Assembly (NCBI GenBank): GCA_017882065.1
Contig: JADGQD010000001.1
Coordinates: forward strand, 1-35,683
Reading direction: 5' to 3'
Length of the DNA stretch: 35,683 nucleotides
Source: Anaerolineales bacterium
Lineage (GTDB): Bacteria; Chloroflexota; Anaerolineae; Anaerolineales; Villigracilaceae
Part shown: piece by piece, positions 17,617 to 26,752 of the stretch
Numbering within the stretch: position 1 is the first letter of the stretch
How the letters are laid out: each line of letters starts with the position of its first letter
Position numbers and translations under genes: made by a program
Notes under the pieces: generated by a model
The model's input: the letters and a program-made list of their open reading frames with translations, nothing else
Database searches by the model: none
Told to the model about the DNA's origin: nothing

Positions 17617-18696
17617 ATGAACATCTGTATCCCAAAAGAACGCCGTCCGTTTGAATACCGTGTGGGGCTTTCCCCCATGGGAGTGGAAATCCTAATTCAG
17701 AATGGACATACTGTATTTATTGAGCACGATGCTGGCCAGGGTGCAGGCTTCGCGGACAAAGAATATGACAAAGTGGGAGCAAAGATTGCCTACGCTGTGG
17801 ATGAAATCTACGGGCGGGCGGAACTCCTGCTCAAGATTGCCCGTCCGCTCGATGATGAACTGGACATGCTCCAGCCGGGCACAACGATCGCCGGTCTCCT
17901 GCATCTGGCGTCTGCCAAGCAAAACAAGATTGACGCCCTGCTGAAGGATAAAATCACCGCCATTGCTTATGAACAAATCGAGGAAGCAGACGGCTCTCTG
18001 CCTGTCCTGCGCCCGTTTAGCCAGATTGGCGGCGCCATGGCGGCGGAGGTGGCTTCCCGTCTAATGCAAAGCGACCACGGCGGACGCGGCGTCCTCCTGG
18101 GCGGCCTCCCCGGCATTCCGCCTGCCGAGGTGGTTATCATCGGTGCAGGGATATCCGGCACCTACGCGGCGCGCGCCTTTAAAGGCCTGGGTGCACACGT
18201 GACGGTCCTCGATAAAGGCCTCAATGCATTGCAGCGCATCAGCCAGTACGACTCGAATTTCGTCACCATGCTCTCCACCCCGCGCAACATCGCCCGCGTC
18301 TGTGAATATGCAGATGTGCTTGTGGGTGCGGTTCTGGTGCCGGGTGCCCGTTCCCCGATCATCATCACGCGTGAGATGGTAAAGAAAATGAAGCACCGGT
18401 CTGTTTTTATTGATATCAGCATTGACCAGGGCGGGTGCAGTGAAACCTCCCGTCCGACAACCCATGAACACCCCTCTTATGTTGAAGAGAATGTGGTGCA
18501 CTATTGTGTACCCAATATGCCAAGTGTGGTGGCGCGGACTGCCACGTATGGTTTTGTAAATGCAGCCATTGCATACATCCTGGAGATTGCAAATCTGGGC
18601 GTGGACAAGGCCATTGAAAATCCTGCCATCGAGGCCGGCGTCAACACCTATAAAGGTGAACTGCGCCACCTTTCCCGCCTGAAGAATAAGGAGTAA
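17617..18696 (+). CDS. ald: Alanine dehydrogenase family NAD(H) enzyme
   Basis: The product is collinear with AlaDH. Matching segments are PKE....YRVGLSP, LLKIARP, LLHLAS, the Rossmann GAGISG, DISIDQGG and VHYCVPNMP. The SD GGAGGA lies 4 nt before ATG 17617. Confidence 0.8.
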   Translation: MNICIPKERRPFEYRVGLSPMGVEILIQNGHTVFIEHDAGQGAGFADKEYDKVGAKIAYAVDEIYGRAELLLKIARPLDDELDMLQPGTTIAGLLHLASAKQNKIDALLKDKITAIAYEQIEEADGSLPVLRPFSQIGGAMAAEVASRLMQSDHGGRGVLLGGLPGIPPAEVVIIGAGISGTYAARAFKGLGAHVTVLDKGLNALQRISQYDSNFVTMLSTPRNIARVCEYADVLVGAVLVPGARSPIIITREMVKKMKHRSVFIDISIDQGGCSETSRPTTHEHPSYVEENVVHYCVPNMPSVVARTATYGFVNAAIAYILEIANLGVDKAIENPAIEAGVNTYKGELRHLSRLKNKE

Positions 18697-18699
18697 AAG

Positions 18700-20010
18700 A
18701 TGGATTGGAATAGTATTTATCAATCGCGCGTGAAAACGGCAGAGGAGGCAATTCAAGCGGTCAAGTCTGGGAATCGAATCTTTATGACCGGCAACGTTTC
18801 AGTACCGCAGAAACTTCTGGCCGCCCTCGTGGCATACGCGCCCAAATTGAAGGATGTGCAGATTTGTCAGGCGCTTTCTGTTGGCCCTGCTGACTATGTC
18901 AATCCGGAAATGGAAGGTCATTTGCGGGTCAATTCGATGTTCGTATGCGCCAATATCAGAAAAGCAGTGCAGGAAGGCCGCGCTGATTTTACTCCCGTGC
19001 TGCTCTCTGAATTTCCTCTGCTCTTCAAGGATAACCTCCTCCCTGTGGACGTGGCGTTCGTCCACGTCTCCCCGCCTGACGAGCACGGTTTCTGCTCGCT
19101 GGGTGTGGAAGTCGGTCTTACCAAATCCCCGGCAGAATCGGCAAAAATCATCATTGCCGAAGTCAACGACCAGATGCCGCGTACCCTGGGCGACTCGTTT
19201 ATTCACGTCAGCCGCCTGACGCATATTGTGCCGGTCAATTACCCGATTCCTGAAATGCCGATGTCTGGCGAGGCTACCGACCCAATTACCGAACGGTTGG
19301 CCGGTTACGTGGCCGACCTCATCCCAGATGGCGCCACAATGCAGATGGGTATCGGAGCTATACCGGATGCGGTATTAAAATTCCTTTTCCATAAAAAAGA
19401 CCTGGGCGTACACAGCGAACTGATTTCAGACGGCGTTATAGATTTGGTTGAGGCTGGCGTGCTGACAAGTGCTCGCAAAACCTTACTCCCCGGCAAGATT
19501 GTGCTCGGTTTTGTGCTTGGCTCCAAGCGCCTGTATAGTTGGGTGAACGACAACCCGCTATGCGAATTTCGCCGCACCGAGTACGTCAACGACCCGTTTG
19601 TCATCGCCCAGAACGACAAAATGGTGGCCATCAACTCAGCCATCGAAATTGACCTGACCGGGCAGGTTTGTGCAGACAGCATAGGCCCCAAATTTTTTAG
19701 CGGCATCGGCGGTCAATTCGATTTTATCTATGGCGCTTCCCGTTCGAAGGGCGGTATCCCGATCATTGCCATGCCCAGCACCAATGTCATGAAAGATGGT
19801 ACACCCGCCAGCAAGATTGTCCCGATGCTCAAACAGGGCGCGGGCGTCGTCACCGGCCGTAATCACGTCCATTTTGTCGTCACCGAATACGGCGTGGCCG
19901 ACCTGTACGGCAAGTCCATTCGCCAGCGGGTCAAGGCGCTCATTGGTGTTGCGCATCCCGATTTCCGCGCCGACCTGGAAAAACAGGCCAACGAACTGAA
20001 CTGGATTTAG
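18700..20010 (+). CDS. Acetyl-CoA hydrolase/transferase family protein (4-hydroxybutyrate CoA-transferase-like)
   Basis: Family motifs MQMGIGAIPDAV, HSELISDG and SGIGGQFDF (GxGGxxDF) are present. Length is 436 aa. The SD AAGGAG precedes the ATG, and the start lies 3 nt after the ald stop. Confidence 0.8.
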   Translation: MDWNSIYQSRVKTAEEAIQAVKSGNRIFMTGNVSVPQKLLAALVAYAPKLKDVQICQALSVGPADYVNPEMEGHLRVNSMFVCANIRKAVQEGRADFTPVLLSEFPLLFKDNLLPVDVAFVHVSPPDEHGFCSLGVEVGLTKSPAESAKIIIAEVNDQMPRTLGDSFIHVSRLTHIVPVNYPIPEMPMSGEATDPITERLAGYVADLIPDGATMQMGIGAIPDAVLKFLFHKKDLGVHSELISDGVIDLVEAGVLTSARKTLLPGKIVLGFVLGSKRLYSWVNDNPLCEFRRTEYVNDPFVIAQNDKMVAINSAIEIDLTGQVCADSIGPKFFSGIGGQFDFIYGASRSKGGIPIIAMPSTNVMKDGTPASKIVPMLKQGAGVVTGRNHVHFVVTEYGVADLYGKSIRQRVKALIGVAHPDFRADLEKQANELNWI

Positions 20011-20049
20011 TCATTGGGCGGCGTGGAGACCGATTCTGCAAATAAACAT

Positions 20050-20073
20050 AAGGGCGGCCAATCAGCCGCCCTT
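20050..20073 (+). terminator. GC-rich hairpin after the CoA-transferase gene (weak terminator or attenuator)
   Basis: A 9-bp perfect stem pairs AAGGGCGGC with GCCGCCCTT around loop CAATCA. Only TTTGG follows, so the U-tract is poor. Confidence 0.4.
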
Positions 20074-20078
20074 TGGCA

Positions 20079-20084
20079 TATAAT
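20079..20084 (+). promoter_or_regulatory. -10 box (TATAAT) 6 nt upstream of the pyk ATG; leaderless-type
   Basis: The plus strand reads tggcaTATAATagggacATGgat. Confidence 0.45.
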
Positions 20085-20090
20085 AGGGAC

Positions 20091-21509
20091 ATGGATAGAA
20101 AAGCTAAAATTGTTGCCACGATGGGGCCAGCCAGCCAGGACGAGGCCGTTCTTGAGAAATTGTTCCTGACCGGGATGGATGTTGCCCGCCTGAACTTTTC
20201 GTATGGAACGCACGAATCGCACGCCGCCTGGACCCTGTCCCTGCGCGCCATTGCGACGCGTCTGGGGCGGCCCCTGGCGATCCTCCAGGACCTGCAAGGG
20301 CCGAAGATCCGCATCGGTGTGCTGCCCGAGCCGTTGACACTCGCGGCAGATCAGCAGGTCCGGCTATACCCGGAGGACGCAGCCAGGCCCGTTGGTGTTT
20401 CCATCCCGGTTGATTTTCCACAACTATTTGGTGCAGTCAAACCCGGCGATCGCATCCTGCTCGATGATGGGCGGCTGGCTCTGACGGTTCAATCCGTGGG
20501 GAGGAAACAAGTGCTGGCCGAAGTTAAAACCGGCGGCAGATTGTCCTCCCATAAGGGCATCAACCTGCCCGGGATCTCGCTCGATATCCCGGCTTTCACC
20601 GAAAAAGACGCCGAAGACCTGGAATTTGGTCTCTCCCTGGATGTGGACGTTGTGGCGATGTCTTTTGTCCAGACCGCGCAGGATGTGAAGACGGTCCGGG
20701 AGCTTGTCAAGGCGGGCGGCGAGAACAGCCCGCTGTTGATTGCCAAACTGGAGCGTCCCAAAGCGCTTGATAACCTCGAAGAAATCCTGGACGTGGTGGA
20801 CGGCGTGATGGTGGCGCGCGGCGATCTGGGGGTCGAGATGGCTCCGGAAGACGTGCCCGGTGCACAGAAGCGCATCATACAGGTTGCCAACCGCAAGGGC
20901 AAACTCGTCATCACGGCCACGCAGATGCTCGAGTCCATGATTCACAACCCTCTCCCGACGCGTGCCGAGGCTTCTGACGTCGCTAATGCCATCTACGATG
21001 GGACGGATGCTGTTATGCTCTCTGCTGAAACAGCGGCGGGTGAATACCCGGTGGAAAGTGTGGCGCTGATGGATCGGATTGTGCGCCAGGCCGAAGAAAA
21101 TTACGACCAATGGGGGCACGGGCAGGTACTGGAAACCGACGAGCATGATGATGTCGTTGCGATTGCCTACGCCGCAAGAGAACTGGCCAAGGACCGCGAC
21201 GTGGAAGCGATTGCCGTCTTCACCCGCACCGGGCGGACGGCCATCCTGATGTCTAAAGCCCGTCCGTGCGTGCCGGTGCTGGCCTTCACGCCGGTTGAGG
21301 AAACCTACCGGCGCATGGCGCTGGCCTGGGGCGTGACACCTTACCGCGTCCCCTGGGCGGATACGATGGAAGAGATGATCGGGCATGTGGAAACTGCCCT
21401 GCGGGAGAGCGGCCTCGTCCGGCCGGGTGGACAGGTGGTGCTGGTCTCGGGCTTCCCGGTGCGTGATTTCAGGCAGCCCAATATGGCGCTGCTGCATACG
21501 GTTGGTTGA
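20091..21509 (+). CDS. pyk: Pyruvate kinase
   Basis: KIVATMGPAS, ARLNFSYG, IAKLERP, MVARGDLGVE, ATQMLESM and a C-terminal allosteric domain are present. ATG 20091 is preferred over TTG 20073. Confidence 0.93.
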   Translation: MDRKAKIVATMGPASQDEAVLEKLFLTGMDVARLNFSYGTHESHAAWTLSLRAIATRLGRPLAILQDLQGPKIRIGVLPEPLTLAADQQVRLYPEDAARPVGVSIPVDFPQLFGAVKPGDRILLDDGRLALTVQSVGRKQVLAEVKTGGRLSSHKGINLPGISLDIPAFTEKDAEDLEFGLSLDVDVVAMSFVQTAQDVKTVRELVKAGGENSPLLIAKLERPKALDNLEEILDVVDGVMVARGDLGVEMAPEDVPGAQKRIIQVANRKGKLVITATQMLESMIHNPLPTRAEASDVANAIYDGTDAVMLSAETAAGEYPVESVALMDRIVRQAEENYDQWGHGQVLETDEHDDVVAIAYAARELAKDRDVEAIAVFTRTGRTAILMSKARPCVPVLAFTPVEETYRRMALAWGVTPYRVPWADTMEEMIGHVETALRESGLVRPGGQVVLVSGFPVRDFRQPNMALLHTVG

Positions 21510-21538
21510 ATTGCTGGAGCGGACACGTGGGTGCGCCC

Positions 21539-22411
21539 TTACTCTTTACTGGAAATAATTAATCCGATCCCGATAAAAATGCCCCCCACGATGAACAGGG
21601 GGTTAATATTGTCCCCCAGGAAAATGGCGCCCAGAACAGTCCCGACGACCGGCTGGGCGAAGAAAGTCAACGAAGCAACGCCCGCCTCCAGTTTCGCGAA
21701 GGCCGTGTTCCACAGGTACATGGCCAGGGCGGTGGAAATGATGCCCAAGAAGAGCACCCCGGCGACCACACCCCAGCCGATCGGACCATAGCCCCGCGTC
21801 GCCGCCTCCCAAGCCCCCAGCGGTAGGCAGACCGGCAGCCCGCCAGCGAAGGCGATCAGGCTGGTGGAGAGCACGTCCACATTGCGCGTCACCCGGCGGA
21901 CCAAGACCGAGTACAGCGCCCAGGTCAGCGCCGCGGCGACCAGGCTCAAGTTGCCCCAGAACAGCTGCGAGGAGAGCTGGGCGGTGCGCGGGTCGATGAC
22001 TGCCAGCACGCCCAGGCTGGCGACAACCAGTGCCAGCAGGCGGCGGGGGGTGATCTTCTCTTTGAGAATGATGGCGGCGAAAAGCAGGATGAAGGCCGGG
22101 GTGGCCGAGGTGACCAGCGAGCCGTTGGCCGCCGTGGAGAGGTTCGTGCCGACGAACTGGAAGCCGAGCGAGACTCCATAGCCGATTAGCCCGACTGCGA
22201 ATACGCCCCAGAACTGTTTGGCTGTTACCTTCCAATTTTTCCGTACCAGAACGATGACTGCCAGGGTCAGTATGCCCAGCACCAGCCTCAGGACGATCAG
22301 CGAGAAGGGCGGGATGATGGCCATAACGGCCTTGCTGACCACGTACATGCCGCCCCAGATGGCGGTGGCGGTCAGGCCGGCGAGGATGCCGAGCAGCGAA
22401 TCTCGTTTCAT
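21539..22411 (-). CDS. DMT superfamily (EamA-like) transporter
   Basis: The product has about 10 predicted TM helices in two EamA-like halves and is 290 aa long. Confidence 0.8.
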   Translation of the reverse strand: MKRDSLLGILAGLTATAIWGGMYVVSKAVMAIIPPFSLIVLRLVLGILTLAVIVLVRKNWKVTAKQFWGVFAVGLIGYGVSLGFQFVGTNLSTAANGSLVTSATPAFILLFAAIILKEKITPRRLLALVVASLGVLAVIDPRTAQLSSQLFWGNLSLVAAALTWALYSVLVRRVTRNVDVLSTSLIAFAGGLPVCLPLGAWEAATRGYGPIGWGVVAGVLFLGIISTALAMYLWNTAFAKLEAGVASLTFFAQPVVGTVLGAIFLGDNINPLFIVGGIFIGIGLIISSKE

Positions 22412-22442
22412 TGGCGGGGGTCCTTGGGCGCAGATTTTGATG

Positions 22443-22451
22443 ATTATAACA
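22443..22451 (-). promoter_or_regulatory. Extended -10 promoter (TGTTATAAT) for the DMT transporter gene
   Basis: The minus strand reads gcTGtTATAATcatcaaaatctgcgcccAAGGAcccccgccaATG. Confidence 0.45.
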
Positions 22452-22455
22452 GCAG

Positions 22456-22476
22456 GGGCGAGTCCGAGACTCGCCC
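22456..22476 (-). terminator. Hairpin immediately after the arfB stop codon
   Basis: A 9-bp perfect stem pairs GGGCGAGTC with GACTCGCCC around loop CGA. It starts directly after the TAA. There is no clear U-tract. Confidence 0.4.
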
Positions 22477-22902
22477 TTACTCTTCGTATTCCTTTTTCGA
22501 TTGCCGTATGCGTTTGACCGCTCCCCGGCGCTTCTTGGAATCCACTCGCCTCATCCGGGATGCCATGGTTGGACGGGTAGGTTGCCGCTTCTTTGGCTTG
22601 ACCAGCGCCTTCTGGATGAGCGCCGCCAGCCGCAGTTCGGCATCGGCGCGGTTCTGCTCTTGAGCGCGGTAGCGTTTGGCCTCGATAAGCAGGACACCCT
22701 CCCCGGTCATTTTCGCCCCGGCGAGTTTGACCAGCCGCGCCTTTACATCCTCTGCCAGTGACGGGGAATTGCGCACGTCAAAGCGCAGTTGGACAGCGGT
22801 TGCCACCTTGTTGACGTTCTGTCCGCCGGGGCCAGAGGCCCGCACGAAAGTGCAGGTCAGTTCGTCGTCGGGAATAGAGAGGGTGGAAGTGATTTGGAGC
22901 AT
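22477..22902 (-). CDS. arfB: Alternative ribosome-rescue factor ArfB (peptidyl-tRNA hydrolase, YaeJ type)
   Basis: The GGQ motif ASGPGGQNVNKV and a ~140-aa product with a Lys/Arg-rich C-terminal tail (KPKKRQPTRPTMASRMRRVDSKKRRGAVKRIRQ) are present. Confidence 0.9.
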   Translation of the reverse strand: MLQITSTLSIPDDELTCTFVRASGPGGQNVNKVATAVQLRFDVRNSPSLAEDVKARLVKLAGAKMTGEGVLLIEAKRYRAQEQNRADAELRLAALIQKALVKPKKRQPTRPTMASRMRRVDSKKRRGAVKRIRQSKKEYEE

Positions 22903-22912
22903 AAAGATTGAA

Positions 22913-22940
22913 GTAGTGGCGACCAGCTGGTCGCCACTAC
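22913..22940 (-). terminator. Perfect 28-nt palindrome between korB and arfB (strong hairpin)
   Basis: GTAGTGGCGACCAG/CTGGTCGCCACTAC is fully self-complementary. On the mRNA it starts 2 nt after the korB TAA and ends 10 nt (UUCAAUCUUU) before the arfB AUG. Confidence 0.5.
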
Positions 22941-22942
22941 GG

Positions 22943-23983
22943 TTAGAACATCATTGCATTGATCTTCTCAATCGTCTCACGCGCGGGCCGTAGGTCCGGA
23001 TCGGCAAGGCGGTTGAGAGGGGTATCCACCAGGTTGAAAGTTTCGGTCAAGGTGGGTTTGGACTCGTTAATATAGAGCAGTCCGGTCACCAACCAGTTGT
23101 TCAGTTGGGTGCTTTCCAGCATCTGAAAGGCATTCGCCCGACTGGTGGGGTCATAGTCTTTTTCGAGTTTCTTCAGGAGCACGGTCGAACCGTCGTGCAT
23201 GCTGACTTCGCGCACAGTGCCTTCGGCGAATTCGCCTTGCAGTTCGATTTCGTCCAATGCCGGGATGAAGGAAATCTCATGCAGGGGCGCTTCGTGGTCC
23301 TTCCCCCAGGTGTAGGAGTGGGTGGCGTCCTCCTGGTTGTTGAAGGTCACGCACGGGCTGATAATGTCAAGCACTGCCACGCCGTGATGGCTAAGGGCGG
23401 CTTTGAGCAGTTCCTTGACCTGTTTGGCGTCACCAGCGAAGGAACGTGCCACAAAAGTGGCATTGGATGCCAGGGCTTCCATACAGATGTCCACGGGCAT
23501 ATATTGATTGGTGCCTTGGTGCTTCAGGTTCAGACCCACCTCGGCCGTGGCCGAGAACTGACCTTTTGTCAGGCCATAGACGCCGTTGTTCTCGACGATG
23601 TACACAATCGGTGCGTTGCGGCGTACCATGTGTTTAAAACCGCCCATCCCGATGGAGGCGGTATCGCCGTCGCCGGAAATGCCGATGGCGCGCAGGGTTG
23701 TATCGGCGAACAGCGCGCCGGTGGCAAGCGAGGACATGCGTCCGTGCAAGCCGTTGAAGCCGAAGGAGCGGTTCAGGAAATAAGCCGGGCTTTTAGACGA
23801 GCAACCAATGCCGCTGAACTTCATGATTTCTTCCGGGACGATATTCAGGTCGTAGCAGGCGGTGATGATCTGGTTGGCAATGGAATTGTGTCCACAGCCC
23901 TGGCAGAGCGTGCTGGGCAGGCCGCGGTAATCGTTTTTGGAAAGGCCAGCCTTGTTGGTTTGAACGGGAGCGGGTGTGGTCAT
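22943..23983 (-). CDS. korB: 2-oxoacid:ferredoxin oxidoreductase, beta (TPP-binding) subunit
   Basis: CQGCGH, the TPP motif ISGDGDTASIG and NNGVYGLTKGQ are present. ATG 23983 (MTTPAPV...) overlaps the korA stop by 1 nt (TAATG). Confidence 0.88.
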   Translation of the reverse strand: MTTPAPVQTNKAGLSKNDYRGLPSTLCQGCGHNSIANQIITACYDLNIVPEEIMKFSGIGCSSKSPAYFLNRSFGFNGLHGRMSSLATGALFADTTLRAIGISGDGDTASIGMGGFKHMVRRNAPIVYIVENNGVYGLTKGQFSATAEVGLNLKHQGTNQYMPVDICMEALASNATFVARSFAGDAKQVKELLKAALSHHGVAVLDIISPCVTFNNQEDATHSYTWGKDHEAPLHEISFIPALDEIELQGEFAEGTVREVSMHDGSTVLLKKLEKDYDPTSRANAFQMLESTQLNNWLVTGLLYINESKPTLTETFNLVDTPLNRLADPDLRPARETIEKINAMMF

Positions 23984-25776
23984 TATTTCTCCTCCTGTGC
24001 CAGGATGGCCTCTTTGACCCATTTGGCGGTCAATGGCAGGCCGTCACTGTGACAAGCCGAACGGAACTTGTGAGCCTGGTCGGGCAGCACGGCGCTCAAG
24101 ATCTGGCGCAATTGTCCGTCGCGATTGGCTTCGACGATGTAGATACGTTCATATTTCTTGATGAAATCCTGGGCTTCTGCCGTGCAGGGCAGGGCGCGCA
24201 GGCGTAGAAAAGCGGTTTTCGGACCTCCGGCCTGCTTCAGTAAAGCCAGGGCTTCTTCCACCGCCGGTTCGGTCGAGCCGTAGGCGATGATTCCAACTGT
24301 TGCGCCTTTGGCCGCCTTGATAACGGGTTTCGGGACGAGGGTCCGGGCGGTATCGTATTTCTTCTTGAGCCGGGCCATGTTGTTTTCCCAGGTGTTGGCA
24401 TCTTCAGTGTAACGGGCATTCTCATCGTGGCCGGTACCGCGCCCGAACCAGGCCGCGGAGGGATGCTTATTGCCGGGCACGGTGCGGAAGGGGATCCCGT
24501 CGCCATCTGAATCCTTGTAGCGGCCCCAGACGCCGTTGAGTTTTTCGAGATCGGCTTCCCAGAGAACCTTACCGCGCTCCAGCGGGGTGTCGGGATATTC
24601 GAAGGGCTTCGTCATCCACTGGTTCATTCCCAAGTCGAGGTCACTCAGCACAAACACGGGCGCCTGTAGATGTTCGGCCAGATCGAGGGCTTTCCAGCCG
24701 AACTCGAAGCATTCCTGCACTGAGCCGGGCAGCAGGATAATATTTTGTTTGTCGCCATGACTCAGGAAATAGGCCTCGGTCAAATCGCCCTGGGCAGTAC
24801 GGGTTGGAAGGCCGGTGCTGGGCCCAATGCGTTGCACATCCCAGATGACGACCGGCACTTCGGCATAGTAAGCCAGCCCGGCATACTCCGCCATCAGGCT
24901 GATTCCGGGACCAGAGGTCGAAGTCATTGAGCGCAGCCCGCCCCAGCCCGCCCCGATTGCCATGCCGACCGCAGCCAATTCATCCTCAGCCTGCAGGACG
25001 GCATAGGTCTGCTTGCCATCCGTTGTCTTGCGTAGTTGCGGGAGAAAAACATTGAGCGATTCGGCCAGCGTGGAGGCCGGGGTGATGGGATACCAGGCGG
25101 CGAACTGCAGGCCGCCGTAGATGGCGCCCAACGCCGCGGCAGTATTGCCGTCGGCCATGACAAAGCCGGAGGTGGAATCCATCTGTGCGACGGAATATGG
25201 ATCGGACTTTTTTAGGTTTTGGGTAGCCCAGTCTGCAGCGGTTTTGATCGTGGTGAAATTGGAGTCTATGGCTTGTGCTTTGCCTTTGAAATGGAAACTC
25301 AATGCCTGCTTGATGGTTTCCAAGTCAATCCCAAGCATTTGCGCCAGAATGCCAACATAGACCATGTTCGCAATGTAATCTCGCAAAGCTGGGGAGACGT
25401 TTGCTGCGCGCGCCATTTGTTTAACCGGCATTGGATAGACGGAAATATCGCTGCGGGCGATGGGCAGTCTAATATCGTCGGCGTAGAAAAAAGCTCCCCC
25501 AGGCCGGACAGAGGCCAGATCCCGGGCGAACGAGACCGGGTTCAGGGTGACGACCACCTCCTGTTCATCACGCCGGGCAACGAATCCGTCTTTGCTGACG
25601 CGAATGGTGTACCATGTGGGTAAGCCTTGGATATTGGATGGGAATAGATTCTTGCCGGAGACCGGTATACCCATTTTGAACAATGCCCGCAATAACGTAA
25701 CGTTAGCGGTCTGCGAACCGGACCCGTTAACGGTGGCGATGGTAACGGAAAAATCGTTGATTACTTTTTCAGACAT
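23983..25776 (-). CDS. korA: 2-oxoacid:ferredoxin oxidoreductase, alpha subunit (fused gamma-alpha type)
   Basis: An N-terminal gamma-like domain (VNGSGSQTAN...GKNLFPSNIQGLPTWYTIRVS) is followed by the alpha core (GWGGLRSMTSTSGPGISLM). ATG 25776 is preceded by AGGAG. Confidence 0.88.
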   Translation of the reverse strand: MSEKVINDFSVTIATVNGSGSQTANVTLLRALFKMGIPVSGKNLFPSNIQGLPTWYTIRVSKDGFVARRDEQEVVVTLNPVSFARDLASVRPGGAFFYADDIRLPIARSDISVYPMPVKQMARAANVSPALRDYIANMVYVGILAQMLGIDLETIKQALSFHFKGKAQAIDSNFTTIKTAADWATQNLKKSDPYSVAQMDSTSGFVMADGNTAAALGAIYGGLQFAAWYPITPASTLAESLNVFLPQLRKTTDGKQTYAVLQAEDELAAVGMAIGAGWGGLRSMTSTSGPGISLMAEYAGLAYYAEVPVVIWDVQRIGPSTGLPTRTAQGDLTEAYFLSHGDKQNIILLPGSVQECFEFGWKALDLAEHLQAPVFVLSDLDLGMNQWMTKPFEYPDTPLERGKVLWEADLEKLNGVWGRYKDSDGDGIPFRTVPGNKHPSAAWFGRGTGHDENARYTEDANTWENNMARLKKKYDTARTLVPKPVIKAAKGATVGIIAYGSTEPAVEEALALLKQAGGPKTAFLRLRALPCTAEAQDFIKKYERIYIVEANRDGQLRQILSAVLPDQAHKFRSACHSDGLPLTAKWVKEAILAQEEK

Positions 25777-25826
25777 GAAAACTCCTGTTTGTTTTGATGC
25801 AAAAATTGACAAAAAGAGGCCAATTG

Positions 25827-25855
25827 ATAATAAATCAAACTGGCAAGAGGGTCAA
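25827..25855 (-). promoter_or_regulatory. Putative korAB promoter (TTGACC-N17-TATTAT)
   Basis: The minus strand reads cccTTGACCctcttgccagtttgattTATTATcaattgg, about 45-50 nt upstream of the korA ATG. Confidence 0.45.
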
Positions 25856-25856
25856 G

Positions 25857-25893
25857 GGAAAAAACGAAGAGCGAAGCTGGAAGGTTTCGCTCT
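25857..25893 (-). terminator. Terminator of the ABC transporter operon
   Basis: On the minus strand, an 8-bp stem pairs AGAGCGAA with TTCGCTCT around a 10-nt loop. It is followed by TCGTTTTTTCC. A second small hairpin (GGAAAC-tcgt-GTTTCC) sits just after the permease stop. Confidence 0.6.
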
Positions 25894-25927
25894 TGAATTA
25901 GTTAGGAAACACGAGTTTCCCTGAATA

Positions 25928-26752
25928 TTACCCTTTCAAGGCTCCGGCCATCAACCCGCGCAAGAAATAGCGTCCCAGGAAAAGATAAAGCAGTAATGTT
26001 GGAAGGGCAGCCAGCAAAGTAGCGGCCATCAAGACGTTCCATTGCACGAGCTGACTACCCGCCAGGTTGTTGAGCGCCACTGTCACGGGCCAATGTGATT
26101 GATTGGTCAGGACGACTGCGAAAAGGAATTCATTCCAGGCCTGGGTGAACTGCCAGATGATGACCACGGCAAAGCTTGGCGCCGAGAGCGGAAACATAAT
26201 ATATCGATACAAACCCATCAGACCGGCGCCGTCAATTTTGCCAGCATCTAGAATTTCAGTTTCGATTCCTGCATAGTAGTTACGGAATATTAAGGTGGTA
26301 ATCGGAATACCGTAAATAATGTGTACTAAAACCAGGCCGGGAATATCTCCGTACAGCTTGATGGCTTGCATGAACTTCACGAGCGGGATCAGAATACTCT
26401 GGTATGGGATGAACATCCCAAACAGGATTAATGTGAATACAAGATTCGAGCCGCGAAACTTCCATTTCGCAAGAAGATAGCCATTCAACGATCCGAGCAG
26501 GGAAGAAAGAATTGCCTCCGGGATAACCATCATCAGACTATTGTTTATATTGGGGGCAAGTTGCTTATAACCTGCAATGAAATTTGCGATGTGAAGACCA
26601 TTTGTCGGTAAAGACCACATCGTCTTAAGATCGACCTGGTCGAAAGATTTGAAACTCGTGAGCAGCATTAAATATATAGGGAGAAGATAGAAAACTGCCA
26701 GGATGATCAAGATGATATAAAAAAGAGTATGGGTCAGAACACGGCGAGTCAT
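25928..26752 (-). CDS. ABC sugar-type transporter permease (MalG/CUT1-like)
   Basis: The product has six TM segments and the EAA loop DAGKIDGAGLMGLYRYIMFPL. The start overlaps the upstream permease stop (ATGA). Confidence 0.88.
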   Translation of the reverse strand: MTRRVLTHTLFYIILIILAVFYLLPIYLMLLTSFKSFDQVDLKTMWSLPTNGLHIANFIAGYKQLAPNINNSLMMVIPEAILSSLLGSLNGYLLAKWKFRGSNLVFTLILFGMFIPYQSILIPLVKFMQAIKLYGDIPGLVLVHIIYGIPITTLIFRNYYAGIETEILDAGKIDGAGLMGLYRYIMFPLSAPSFAVVIIWQFTQAWNEFLFAVVLTNQSHWPVTVALNNLAGSQLVQWNVLMAATLLAALPTLLLYLFLGRYFLRGLMAGALKG

